Source: Thermofilum pendens Hrk 5 (GTDB lineage: Archaea; Thermoproteota; Thermoprotei; Thermofilales; Thermofilaceae). Taken from it: a stretch of 32,000 nucleotides of DNA. Positions 1-7,813 of this stretch are shown here, in pieces (the stretch's first letter is position 1; every line of letters begins with the position of its first letter). The position numbers and the translations under genes are program-made. The DNA lies in NCBI RefSeq assembly GCF_000015225.1, contig NC_008698.1, forward strand, positions 1,080,001 to 1,112,000. The letters are read 5' to 3'. A model generated the notes under the pieces. It worked only from the letters and a program-made list of their open reading frames with translations, searched no databases and was not told where the DNA came from.

Positions 1-26
1 CAGGGAAAAAGGAAAAGGGAGAGTTT

Positions 27-257
27 TTACGCCAGCCCGAGCCCCCTTAGCTCTTCGACGTCCTCCTCAAGCTCTCTCGCCAGCTCTTCGTCCTCCTCGA
101 GCCTCGCCGGCGCGCTTCTCACGGAGGCTAGGAACTCCTCTACCGCGTCCAGCGCCTCGACGAGGCGCGCCTCGTACAGCCCGTCGCGCCTAAGAGTGCT
201 CGCCAGTAGCCGCGAAAGCGCGCCGATGGTTCGCACGGTAACCCTCGGGTCACTCAT
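27..257 (-). CDS. hypothetical small acidic protein (76 aa)
   Basis: ATG at 257-255 and TAA stop. Codon usage is GC3-rich like the neighbouring genes. The protein looks helical with a Glu/Asp-rich C-terminus (EEDEELARELEEDVEEL). No recognisable motif. No clear TATA box upstream. Confidence 0.4.
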   Translation of the reverse strand: MSDPRVTVRTIGALSRLLASTLRRDGLYEARLVEALDAVEEFLASVRSAPARLEEDEELARELEEDVEELRGLGLA

Positions 258-357
258 GCTCGGTCAACACTCTTTCCCGGCCTCTCCCTCCACGCTGACC
301 CCTGATGCCGCGCCCTCGTAGGGCGCCTCTTTCCACCATTTAAGGGAGGGGTGAAAT

Positions 358-1791
358 ATGGTTGGAGAGAAGATGATGGGGTATGAGGGGGTCGAGGGAG
401 AGGTTAGGGAGGAGACGTGGAGGAGGGCGGCTTTAAGCCTCTACTCGACCGAGGTCGAGGATAAGAGGAAGGGCAGGACACATTACCGCGGCCTGTATCA
501 CACTGTGAGCGAGGTTGACTGGGACTTCACGCGCTTCTTGGTGAACGGCTACAGCGTTGTGCCGGACGAGGTCTACCCGAGGTTTCACCGCTTCCTCGAC
601 ATCGACGCGAGGAAGTATCTTTTGCTGAACGACGACAGCAGGCCGAGGGAGGGAAGCGCTGTCGTAGAGCTACGCGATAGGCTACAGTCGATAGTCGACG
701 CCGGCGCCGATGATCTTAGAGCCGAGAGGCATGGAAAGCACTGGCGCGTATACCCGCCCAGGGAGAACTGGTACGTGAGGGTCGCGAGACCCAACGCGCA
801 TAGCTGGGCTGTCCGCGTACCGCTGGAGGGCTTCTGGGTCGAATCGGAGTTTCCGGAGGTTCTAGTGAACACTCCTAGGGAGGTTCTCAAGAGCCTGCAG
901 AGGGGGTGGATCCTTACGGATGTGACACCCCCTCATGGGCGCCGCAGCGACGTGCGTTTCGGCACTACCCAGAGCTGGCAACTTCCCAGTACGCTCGCGG
1001 CTTTTCCAAGCGACGATATCAGGCTCGGCATTAAAGCAGGAGTTCTCGGCAGTACCAGGATGAGCATTGAGTGGGAAGTGAGCATCTACGGTTACACGGA
1101 GGAGCTGGGCTGGGCCTCCACGCTTATCGGCGAGGTTAAACGTGTAGAATACCGCAGGTTGGTCGACGAGTGCAGAAAGCTCAACGGCGACCCAGTGGCT
1201 CTTTTCACTGCCTTCCTGGGAGACGGGCTACGCACATTCTTTCTGAGGATTCGGGTGCTCTTCTTCGGGATTGGCCACGAGATAGTTTACTTGCCGACGG
1301 AGAGCGCTGTCTTTAATGCCCGTTTGGCTGTGGAGAGGGCTAGCGAGTACGTGCGCTTTGTATCGCTGGTAACTAAGTGTCCAAAGATTAAACACTTCTT
1401 ATTCGTCAGCCTCGGATTGCCGCAGAAGAGGGGCAGGAAAAATGGGCGGAGAAACAACCCGTTCTACGCAAACATTGCAGGAGCACAGCTACTCCTAGTC
1501 TACATCTCTACGATGAACCTCGTCTACGCTAGGATCGCGGTTGACGCTGTGCCTCAAGGCTGGTACGAGAAGGCAATCGAGGAAGGCTGGGACGTCCGGG
1601 TAGTTACCTCGGGCACTCCTTCGGGTAGCAAGAAGTACTACGCTGTGCCTCAAGGCTCTCTCTTCGAGCATGCCCGCCACGACGCAGAGCTACGCGCAAC
1701 GCTCCTCGCCTTCACAAGGTACAAGGCCGAGCAGTACCCCAGAGCCTGGGAGCTCGTGAATCGCCTCGAAAAGCTGGGGCGAGAAAACTAA
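358..1791 (+). CDS. hypothetical protein (477 aa), no confident family assignment; weak double LAGLIDADG-like motifs
   Basis: The ATG at 358 is preceded by the SD-like GGAGGGGTGA (345-354) and a TATA-like CATTTAAGG (337-345). Long uninterrupted ORF. Candidate motifs are GWILTDV (res 183-189) and AFLGDG (res 285-290), with their Asp residues about 101 residues apart. A basic patch PQKRGRKNGRRN is present. A lower-GC patch lies around 1230-1480. Confidence 0.6.
   Translation: MVGEKMMGYEGVEGEVREETWRRAALSLYSTEVEDKRKGRTHYRGLYHTVSEVDWDFTRFLVNGYSVVPDEVYPRFHRFLDIDARKYLLLNDDSRPREGSAVVELRDRLQSIVDAGADDLRAERHGKHWRVYPPRENWYVRVARPNAHSWAVRVPLEGFWVESEFPEVLVNTPREVLKSLQRGWILTDVTPPHGRRSDVRFGTTQSWQLPSTLAAFPSDDIRLGIKAGVLGSTRMSIEWEVSIYGYTEELGWASTLIGEVKRVEYRRLVDECRKLNGDPVALFTAFLGDGLRTFFLRIRVLFFGIGHEIVYLPTESAVFNARLAVERASEYVRFVSLVTKCPKIKHFLFVSLGLPQKRGRKNGRRNNPFYANIAGAQLLLVYISTMNLVYARIAVDAVPQGWYEKAIEEGWDVRVVTSGTPSGSKKYYAVPQGSLFEHARHDAELRATLLAFTRYKAEQYPRAWELVNRLEKLGREN
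1544..1657 (+). repeat. perfect 18-nt direct repeat ACGCTGTGCCTCAAGGCT (1544-1561 and 1640-1657) inside the 358-1791 CDS
   Basis: Read directly from the sequence. The copies are 96 nt apart and in the same reading frame, both encoding AVPQG. Confidence 0.85.
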
Positions 1792-1850
1792 GGGTATAGA
1801 CCACCAGGGAAAGGCGCCCGGCCTCCTCCCGTTTTGCGTCGAAGGGTGTG

Positions 1851-2651
1851 CTAGTCCTCGCGCGCGAACTCGTCCTCCTCGGCGCGCTCCTTGATCCTCC
1901 TGGCAACCTTCTCGGGGAGGGACTCGTCTTCAAGCCTCCTGGCGAGCGGCCTTACAAGGGTTAAGCCCTCCTTGTCGCGTATCTGTATCTCCCAGGCCCG
2001 CAGGTCGTGCGGGGTCTGCCTCATCTTCTCGACTATGATGTACCTCGTGAGGACTCCGTCCACTACTCTCCGCTTGAAGTGGATGATGCCGTCGGCGACG
2101 TGCTCTATACCCCACCCGAACGCGCTTCCAGTCGTGATAGCGTACTGGCTCGTAGCGTAGATCGTGAAGCCCCACTTGTTCAGGATACGCTTCACTGTGT
2201 AGCTATCCTCCCGGGCCTTGACGGGAGCCCTCAACCAGAAAGCGCTCATAGAGTCTATGACGAGCCTCCTCGCGGACCGCCCGAGCCTCTTCTTGGCCTC
2301 TATGACCCTGCTGAGCATCTCCTCCACTGCCAGCTCCCTCATCATCCACTCGTCCTCCTTCTCCCTCATCAAAGCGTCGATGATGATTAGCCTCCCGGAC
2401 TTCTGGGCCCCCTCGAAGTCCATCCCGAACTGGGCGGCCTGCCTTACTATGCTCTCCCTGCTCTCCTCGGTCGTAACGTAGATCGCGCTTTCCCCAGCCT
2501 TCAGGCCCGCCCACACGAAGTGGAGGCACGCTATGGTCTTCCCCGTGCCGGGCATCCCGACGAGAGCCACGAAAAAGCCCTCCGGCACTCCGCCCGCGAG
2601 TAGCTTGTCGAGCCCAGCCACGCCCGTCGAAAGACGCCTAGCCTCCACCAC
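1851..2651 (-). CDS. KaiC-like / RecA-superfamily single-domain ATPase
   Basis: N-terminus RLSTGVAGLDKLLAGGVPEG, then Walker A GMPGTGKT, YVTTEES and Walker B-like RLVIDSMSAF. These match the archaeal KaiC/RadA-like domain pattern. Acidic C-terminal tail. GTG start at 2651 with a TATA box 32 nt upstream. Confidence 0.8.
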   Translation of the reverse strand: MVEARRLSTGVAGLDKLLAGGVPEGFFVALVGMPGTGKTIACLHFVWAGLKAGESAIYVTTEESRESIVRQAAQFGMDFEGAQKSGRLIIIDALMREKEDEWMMRELAVEEMLSRVIEAKKRLGRSARRLVIDSMSAFWLRAPVKAREDSYTVKRILNKWGFTIYATSQYAITTGSAFGWGIEHVADGIIHFKRRVVDGVLTRYIIVEKMRQTPHDLRAWEIQIRDKEGLTLVRPLARRLEDESLPEKVARRIKERAEEDEFARED

Positions 2652-2679
2652 TCCCCGAGAACACTACACGCAGAGCCCC

Positions 2680-2687
2680 CTAAAAAG
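2680..2687 (-). promoter_or_regulatory. TATA box (CTTTTTAG on minus strand) for the KaiC-like gene
   Basis: AT-rich octamer centred about 32 nt upstream of the GTG at 2651. This fits a leaderless or short-leader archaeal promoter. Confidence 0.5.
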
Positions 2688-2744
2688 TTTCCCCCAGTAC
2701 GGAGGACACGGCGACCCGCTGGGCTTCACGCGCGTTTCGGAGCG

Positions 2745-2753
2745 ATATATATA
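2745..2753 (+). promoter_or_regulatory. TATA box (ATATATATA) for the secreted-protein gene starting at 2776
   Basis: Centred 27 nt upstream of the GTG at 2776. The ORF-track ATG at 2533 lies antisense inside the KaiC-like gene and is unlikely to be the real start. Confidence 0.55.
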
Positions 2754-2775
2754 CCTCGAGCGCGGCTATATACCC

Positions 2776-4221
2776 GTGGGAAGGCGCAGAGTAGCATTAG
2801 CACTCCTGGCGGTGCTCTTCCTAGTCTCTGCGCTTTCCTACGCTGTGAAGCACGCCGAGGCACCCGAAGTCTTCGAGTACGGTAGCGCCACCGTAGTCTA
2901 CCGGAACCCGGTGCTAGCGCCGCCACGCGTAGTGGTTAAGATTCAGGGAGCCTCGCCCAGCGACAGGGTCGTAGTATCCGCGTACATCTGGGCGCCTAGC
3001 GGCGAGATAAAGCCTCTCGGAAACTACACGGGTACAGGCTCCGTCGAGCTGAACTACGGGAGGGTCAAGGAGAGCTACGAGGAGTGGGCAAGGCACCTTA
3101 GAAGCAGGGGCACAGACCCCTCCGCCGTGTCGATAGGCATGCTGATCCTCGCCACCATCTACAAGCCCGAAGAAGCCTACGCAACTATATCCGCGGTTCC
3201 CATCAAGCCGAGCGAGCTGGAAGCAAGTAGAGCAGTCGAAGTAACGCTAGCCGAGGAGCCCCTACCCATGCCTGGGAAAGGCGCGCCTCAGCCGCAAGCC
3301 ACACAGCAAGGCTGGCCCCCGGAATACATACCCGACACGCAGAAACCGGGCTTCTGGTACTTGAAGAAGCAGTACTACGCCTCCACGAAGGGAGTAGCAC
3401 TCGCAACCGTAGACATCTGGGGAAGAGTAGAGAAGCTGGACGTAGTGATTCTAAAGGCATCCCTCACAGCTGACAGGACTCTAGGAATAAGGATAGGCTT
3501 CTCCGCTCTAGCTGGCTTTAAGCCAACGGGGAGTAGCACCGTTTCGTGGAAAATCGCGGGCTACGCATGGTCCGCTGAAGACAAGCAGGGTGCAAGCCTG
3601 GACTACTACAAGGTGTTCTACTACGGCTCGGACTTCGACAAGGAGAGCGTGTTAGCCGTGGGCTTCTACGGAGACCTGGCGTACGCGGAGTACACGTACT
3701 ACGACTGCAACTGGTACACGTGCGTCCCCCGCGGCACTGCGAACCTCACACTTGCGAGGCCAGCCGGAGGACAAGCCCTCACAAACAACCTCGCATGGTA
3801 CACCGTGGAGCCGGACCCCTGGATCTACCCGTACGCCGCCGGCGAGACGGCAGAAGCCTACAAGCTCTTCTACCTCAACTGGAACAGAAGCCCGGAGAAA
3901 GTAGCACAAAACGTGTTCACACTGGACAGTATCAACGTAACAAGGGAGGTTCAGACGAGCCCCCTCTTCGCGCTTTCCCTGGACTTCGTAAAGCTCACGC
4001 TGGGAACCTCTCCCCCAGCTCCTCTGTTCGCAGTCTCTGTAGGCGGCGAATCCTCGTACTCGGCTAGCGTGCTAAGCTTTGCCTCCGCCACTGTAACTAC
4101 GCAGAGGAACTACAGGCCCTGCGAGCTTCGGTACAAGTACCTCTACTCTCCGGTGAAGTACGGGCTTGGAGGGTACTACTACCCCGTCGCTACGATGTAC
4201 GTTGACGTCTACATACCCTAA
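2776..4221 (+). CDS. hypothetical secreted/membrane-anchored protein (481 aa), Tyr-rich, probable glycoprotein
   Basis: A GTG start at 2776 gives the N-terminus VGRRRVALALLAVLFLVSALSYA, a basic stretch followed by a hydrophobic signal/anchor. Four N-x-S/T sequons (NYT, NLT, NRS, NVT). Pro/Gln-rich linker PMPGKGAPQPQATQQGWPPE. Tyr-rich C-terminus. No recognisable catalytic motif. Confidence 0.6.
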   Translation: MGRRRVALALLAVLFLVSALSYAVKHAEAPEVFEYGSATVVYRNPVLAPPRVVVKIQGASPSDRVVVSAYIWAPSGEIKPLGNYTGTGSVELNYGRVKESYEEWARHLRSRGTDPSAVSIGMLILATIYKPEEAYATISAVPIKPSELEASRAVEVTLAEEPLPMPGKGAPQPQATQQGWPPEYIPDTQKPGFWYLKKQYYASTKGVALATVDIWGRVEKLDVVILKASLTADRTLGIRIGFSALAGFKPTGSSTVSWKIAGYAWSAEDKQGASLDYYKVFYYGSDFDKESVLAVGFYGDLAYAEYTYYDCNWYTCVPRGTANLTLARPAGGQALTNNLAWYTVEPDPWIYPYAAGETAEAYKLFYLNWNRSPEKVAQNVFTLDSINVTREVQTSPLFALSLDFVKLTLGTSPPAPLFAVSVGGESSYSASVLSFASATVTTQRNYRPCELRYKYLYSPVKYGLGGYYYPVATMYVDVYIP

Positions 4222-4223
4222 AC

Positions 4224-4232
4224 TTTCTTTTT
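4224..4232 (+). terminator. T-rich archaeal terminator (TTTCTTTTT) after the 2776-4221 gene
   Basis: The oligo-T run begins 3 nt after the TAA stop. A second run, GTTTTC, lies at 4238-4243. Confidence 0.5.
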
Positions 4233-4359
4233 GGAATGTTTTCAGCATTAACGGGGAAAACCTGGAAAAATTACTCTGAACACGAAACTCTTGCGAAAAG
4301 AATGCCACAAAACCAAGCGGAAAAAAAAATACCCCCGCGTCACAATATACTTGACCAGC

Positions 4360-5751
4360 ATGCAGAACGTGAACAAAGGTATTCTTCTAGTGGTCCTAGT
4401 AGCGCTACTTAGTCTTATCTTTCTTTTCTTTCTAGCTTTACCTGCTCGCGTAGAGCGTGGATCTCTTCAGGCTGGAACCCCTACGCCTTCCCTGAAGCTG
4501 GACTGGAGAGTCGCGGTTGTAAGCGACGACCCTGAATTCGTATCCGCGGTAGCCTCGTCGCTCTCCCCGAGGGAGCTCTCAGCGCTCCCGGCTGATAGCG
4601 CGGGTAGGGCTGTCGGCTACGACCTAGTCGTCGTGGGCTGGGACGCTCTACCCAGGGTTTCGGGCGACCCAGAGCTCGTGCTCTCGCTACTGCGGTCTGG
4701 GAGGGTTCTCGCCGTGTCGAAGCCCGGGGAGGATGCCCTCTACCAGCTCTTCTCGCGGGTAGTGAAGCCGGTGAAGCTCGGAGAGGGGAAAACGCCCCCC
4801 GAGGATCCCTTCGCCTTCCTCCCACTCATCGAGAGAGACGGCTACCTCTACCCGGGTTGCGGCTGCGAGGCTGTGCTCGTGGAGACGCAACCTAGGGGCG
4901 GGAAGCTCGCCGCGTACTATACCGTTACGCGGCTCGAGTCGAAGCAGTCTCTCGTATACGCGTTGATGAGCGTTCTACAGCGGTCTCGCCAAGAGGCTAC
5001 AGCGGTTAGACTGGCCTCATATGTATCCACGTGGATGCGCGCGGGAATAGGCGTAGAGCCTGCGCAAGTCTTAGGAACCTACATAGGGCATTACACTAGC
5101 GTATGTTACGACGTTGTGGGCCCGGGCGACAGCATTGTTGGCTGTACAGACTTCGGGCTCGACGTGGGCTTAGGTATCGGCACGAGGTCGCGGAGCGACA
5201 CGTACCGCTGGGTCGTAGAGGTGAAGCACCACGGGGAAAAGACTTGGAGTGGTTTCAGCCCTCCCGTTAAAATGCTTGGATTACTGTGGGTTGTGGAACC
5301 GAGTAGCGTGGTCGTGGATTCCCTGACAGGGGTGTTTCCGGATCAGCGGCTTAGCGGTCTAGAACCCGCGAGTCGGAGTGTAGACGGGCAAGTAAGCGTT
5401 TTTCTCGCAATCCCGCCGGGCATATTCCCCGCAGCGCTGCATGGCGTGTTCCAGCGGGTCACGTGGGAAAGCGATCTCGACTACTGCAGTAGCTCGTTCT
5501 ACGGAGGCGCCGTGGCGTGTAAGGGTATTTGGAGGTGGGGGCTTACGGGCTACGATGGTAGCGGCTCCACGTTCTACCTCATGGCGAGCGTAGCGGAGTT
5601 CGAGGCGCTGGACCCGCTTTACTTCGACGTTGCAATAAAGGCTAACGGGTACTTCTACTCCAGCGGCGTAATGGTTCAGGCGTCCTCCGGGGTTAAACTC
5701 GTACACTTCAGGGCTTCAACCTCGACTCTGACCGCCCTGGGTGGAGGGTAG
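4360..5751 (+). CDS. hypothetical signal-anchored protein (463 aa)
   Basis: The internal ATG at 4360 gives MQNVNKGILLVVLVALLSLIFLFFLALPA, an N-terminal hydrophobic anchor. The 23 codons upstream (from 4291) lie in an AT-rich promoter-like spacer. Several Cys residues (GCGCE, VCYD, GCTD, ACKG). No recognisable domain. Confidence 0.6.
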   Translation: MQNVNKGILLVVLVALLSLIFLFFLALPARVERGSLQAGTPTPSLKLDWRVAVVSDDPEFVSAVASSLSPRELSALPADSAGRAVGYDLVVVGWDALPRVSGDPELVLSLLRSGRVLAVSKPGEDALYQLFSRVVKPVKLGEGKTPPEDPFAFLPLIERDGYLYPGCGCEAVLVETQPRGGKLAAYYTVTRLESKQSLVYALMSVLQRSRQEATAVRLASYVSTWMRAGIGVEPAQVLGTYIGHYTSVCYDVVGPGDSIVGCTDFGLDVGLGIGTRSRSDTYRWVVEVKHHGEKTWSGFSPPVKMLGLLWVVEPSSVVVDSLTGVFPDQRLSGLEPASRSVDGQVSVFLAIPPGIFPAALHGVFQRVTWESDLDYCSSSFYGGAVACKGIWRWGLTGYDGSGSTFYLMASVAEFEALDPLYFDVAIKANGYFYSSGVMVQASSGVKLVHFRASTSTLTALGGG

Positions 5752-5760
5752 CCGCGGGCT

Positions 5761-6393
5761 CTACGCTTCGAGTACCGCGAGTAGCTCGTCTAGCCCCCTT
5801 ATCCCGTCGCCGCCACTCCTGGAGAGCAGGTAGGCCCTCAGCCCGGCTTTCCGCGGGTTCTCGTAGTCGTGCACCGGGTCGTCGCCCACGTGTACCACCT
5901 CTTCGGGGCGGGCGCCCAGCTCCCTCAGTATTATCCTGAAGAACTCGGGGGGCTTCCCGGGCAGGGAGTAGTCGGAGGAAGACGAGAACACCCTGCGGAA
6001 AACCCCCCTCAGGAAGGGCTCCCTCTCCATGACCAGCTCTACGAACTCCCTGGAGGCGCTCGTGCTCAGCACCGCTATGAGCGAGCCTGGTAGGCTTTCG
6101 AGGAACCTCCTAGCGTCCTCGTAGACCCTCACGAGCCTTCCAGCCTCCCTCAGGGCGTCGCCGAGCCACTCCTCTATCCCGAACCTCTTGAACCAGTAGG
6201 ACGGCTGGTACCACCTCATGTCCCCCGGGCCCACCTCGTCGTACGCAGAGTACACCAGCCTCTTCGCCTCCTCGAGGTTCAACCCGTGCCTCCGCGCGTA
6301 AAGCCTAGGCACGAGCTCCAGCCAGAAGTAGTCGACGTACTCCCTGCTAACCACGGTTCCGTCGAGGTCTAGAGACACGACTCTGACCTTCAA
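5761..6393 (-). CDS. HAD-superfamily hydrolase (phosphatase-like)
   Basis: HAD motif I SLDLDGTVV, motif II VLSTSAS and motif IV HVGDDPVHD. The TTG at 6393 (LKVRVVSLDLDGT) is the preferred start because the longer track ORF (to 6462) runs through a TATA box and direct repeats. Confidence 0.75.
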   Translation of the reverse strand: MKVRVVSLDLDGTVVSREYVDYFWLELVPRLYARRHGLNLEEAKRLVYSAYDEVGPGDMRWYQPSYWFKRFGIEEWLGDALREAGRLVRVYEDARRFLESLPGSLIAVLSTSASREFVELVMEREPFLRGVFRRVFSSSSDYSLPGKPPEFFRIILRELGARPEEVVHVGDDPVHDYENPRKAGLRAYLLSRSGGDGIRGLDELLAVLEA

Positions 6394-6427
6394 GGCGCGC
6401 CCCCACAGCCTACAAAGCCCCCCACAG

Positions 6428-6435
6428 CTTATAAG
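6428..6435 (-). promoter_or_regulatory. TATA box (CTTATAAG) upstream of the HAD hydrolase gene
   Basis: Palindromic AT-rich octamer centred about 38 nt upstream of the TTG at 6393. Confidence 0.4.
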
Positions 6436-6550
6436 AATCACGCAATTTCCCAATGCTTTCACAGCCTCTTCCGACCCATTTTCTCCGCGTGCCCGGAAAC
6501 CGCGGGAAGAGTGTTTCCGTGAGTTTCATCGGCGTGTACGCGCGCGTAAG

Positions 6551-6559
6551 CCTTAAAGC
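6551..6559 (+). promoter_or_regulatory. TATA box (CCTTAAAGC) for pyrF-pyrE
   Basis: Centred 28 nt upstream of the ATG at 6583. Confidence 0.45.
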
Positions 6560-6582
6560 GGCGTGCCCCGGGGGTATGGGGG

Positions 6583-7272
6583 ATGAGGGACTTGTTGGGG
6601 CTTGCGGAGCGGAAGAAGTCGCGCTTAATACTAGCGCTGGACTTCGTTTCCGGCGACCCCGCGGTGTTCGCCGATAGGCTTCTGGCGGCGCTGGAGCCGC
6701 TTGTCGTCGGTGTCAAGGTGGGCCTCCCCTTAGCCTTGAGGATGGGTTTCAGGGGTGTCTGCGAGCTCGTCGAGAGGTACGGGTCTGGGTACTACTTCCT
6801 CGCGGACTTCAAGCTTGCCGATATACCGGACGTGGTGAGGGAGGAGTTGGCGCTACTCTCGGAGGCCGGGTTCGACGGCTCCATAGTTCACCTCTTCCCC
6901 ATGGGGCTCGAGGAGGCTTTGAGCGGGGTTCGCGGGCACGACGTGTTCGGGCTTGTCGCCATGAGCCACGCGGGTTCCAGGTTGCTCGACGAGCACTTCG
7001 AGGACTTGTTGCGCTACGCCTCGAGGCTGGGGATTAGGGGCGTCGTCGCCCCCGCGACGAAGCCGGGGCTGGTGGCGCGGGCGAGGGCTTTCCTGCCGGA
7101 GGACTACCTGATACTCTCGCCGGGGGTGGGCGCGCAGGGGGCGGAGCCGGGTAGCGCGCTCAGGCACGGCGCTACCTTCGAGATAGTTGGACGCTCGATA
7201 ACGGCGTCCGAGGACTACTACGGCGCGGCGGAGAGGGTAGTGGAGTCGCAGAGGAGGGTGATCGGGGAGTGA
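6583..7272 (+). CDS. pyrF: orotidine 5'-phosphate decarboxylase
   Basis: LILALDF and the catalytic DFKLADIPD (D-x-K-x-x-D) motif. About 229 aa. Overlaps pyrE at a GTGA junction. Confidence 0.9.
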   Translation: MRDLLGLAERKKSRLILALDFVSGDPAVFADRLLAALEPLVVGVKVGLPLALRMGFRGVCELVERYGSGYYFLADFKLADIPDVVREELALLSEAGFDGSIVHLFPMGLEEALSGVRGHDVFGLVAMSHAGSRLLDEHFEDLLRYASRLGIRGVVAPATKPGLVARARAFLPEDYLILSPGVGAQGAEPGSALRHGATFEIVGRSITASEDYYGAAERVVESQRRVIGE

Positions 7273-7790
7273 TAGAGGAGATACTCTGGGAGATAGGGGC
7301 TGTCAAGACCGGGGAGTTCAGGCTGACCTCCGGGAAGGTTAGCAACGTGTACATCGACCTCAGGAAGCTCCCGTCGCACCCCCAGGCCTTCAGGAGGGTT
7401 GTCGAGGCCCTCGCCGCGGTAGCCAGAACCATCGAGTTCGACGCCGTCTGCGGGATAGCGGTGGGAGGCCTACCCATAGCCACTGCCCTCGCGTACACGC
7501 TGGGCAAGCCCTTGATCTACGCTAGGCGCGAGAAGAAGGCCCACGGCACCATGAAGCAACTGGAGGGTGACTACGCGAGGGGTATGAAGGTGCTGCTAGT
7601 AGACGACGTAGCGACGACAGGGGGGACGCTTCTCGACATAGCAAGGCTCCTGAAGTCCGAGGGCTTAGAGGTGGTGGAGGCTCTCGTCGTGGTCGATAGG
7701 GAGGAGGGGGCATCCGAGGCCTTGAGGAGCGAGGGACTGAGGCTGAGGAGCCTCACGACGCTCAAGAAGGTCCTCTCGGCTCGCGCGTAG
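7269..7790 (+). CDS. pyrE: orotate phosphoribosyltransferase
   Basis: PRPP-binding motif VLLVDDVATTGGTL. At 173 aa it is typical of the short archaeal PyrE. Translationally coupled to pyrF. Confidence 0.9.
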   Translation: MIEEILWEIGAVKTGEFRLTSGKVSNVYIDLRKLPSHPQAFRRVVEALAAVARTIEFDAVCGIAVGGLPIATALAYTLGKPLIYARREKKAHGTMKQLEGDYARGMKVLLVDDVATTGGTLLDIARLLKSEGLEVVEALVVVDREEGASEALRSEGLRLRSLTTLKKVLSARA

Positions 7791-7799
7791 AAAGAAAGG

Positions 7800-7806
7800 T
7801 TTTTTT
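7800..7806 (+). terminator. oligo-T terminator (T7) after pyrE
   Basis: Run of 7 T starting 10 nt after the TAG stop of pyrE, in the 23-nt gap to the convergent ABC ATPase gene. Confidence 0.55.
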
Positions 7807-7813
7807 CCCGGGG

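Noticed and set aside
2748-2774. Direct repeat of TATATACC (2748-2755 and 2767-2774), suggesting a second TATA box
   Set aside because: The second copy abuts the GTG at 2776. As a promoter it would truncate the signal anchor. It is probably an incidental AT-rich duplication, noted only as a possible regulator site.
2533-2775. 5' extension of the secreted-protein ORF, plus extensions of the same kind at 4291-4359, 11901-12080, 16996-17172 and 19708-19899
   Set aside because: The extensions overlap neighbouring genes (mostly antisense) or promoter elements. They are Pro/Ser/Thr/Arg-rich and precede much better-placed start codons.
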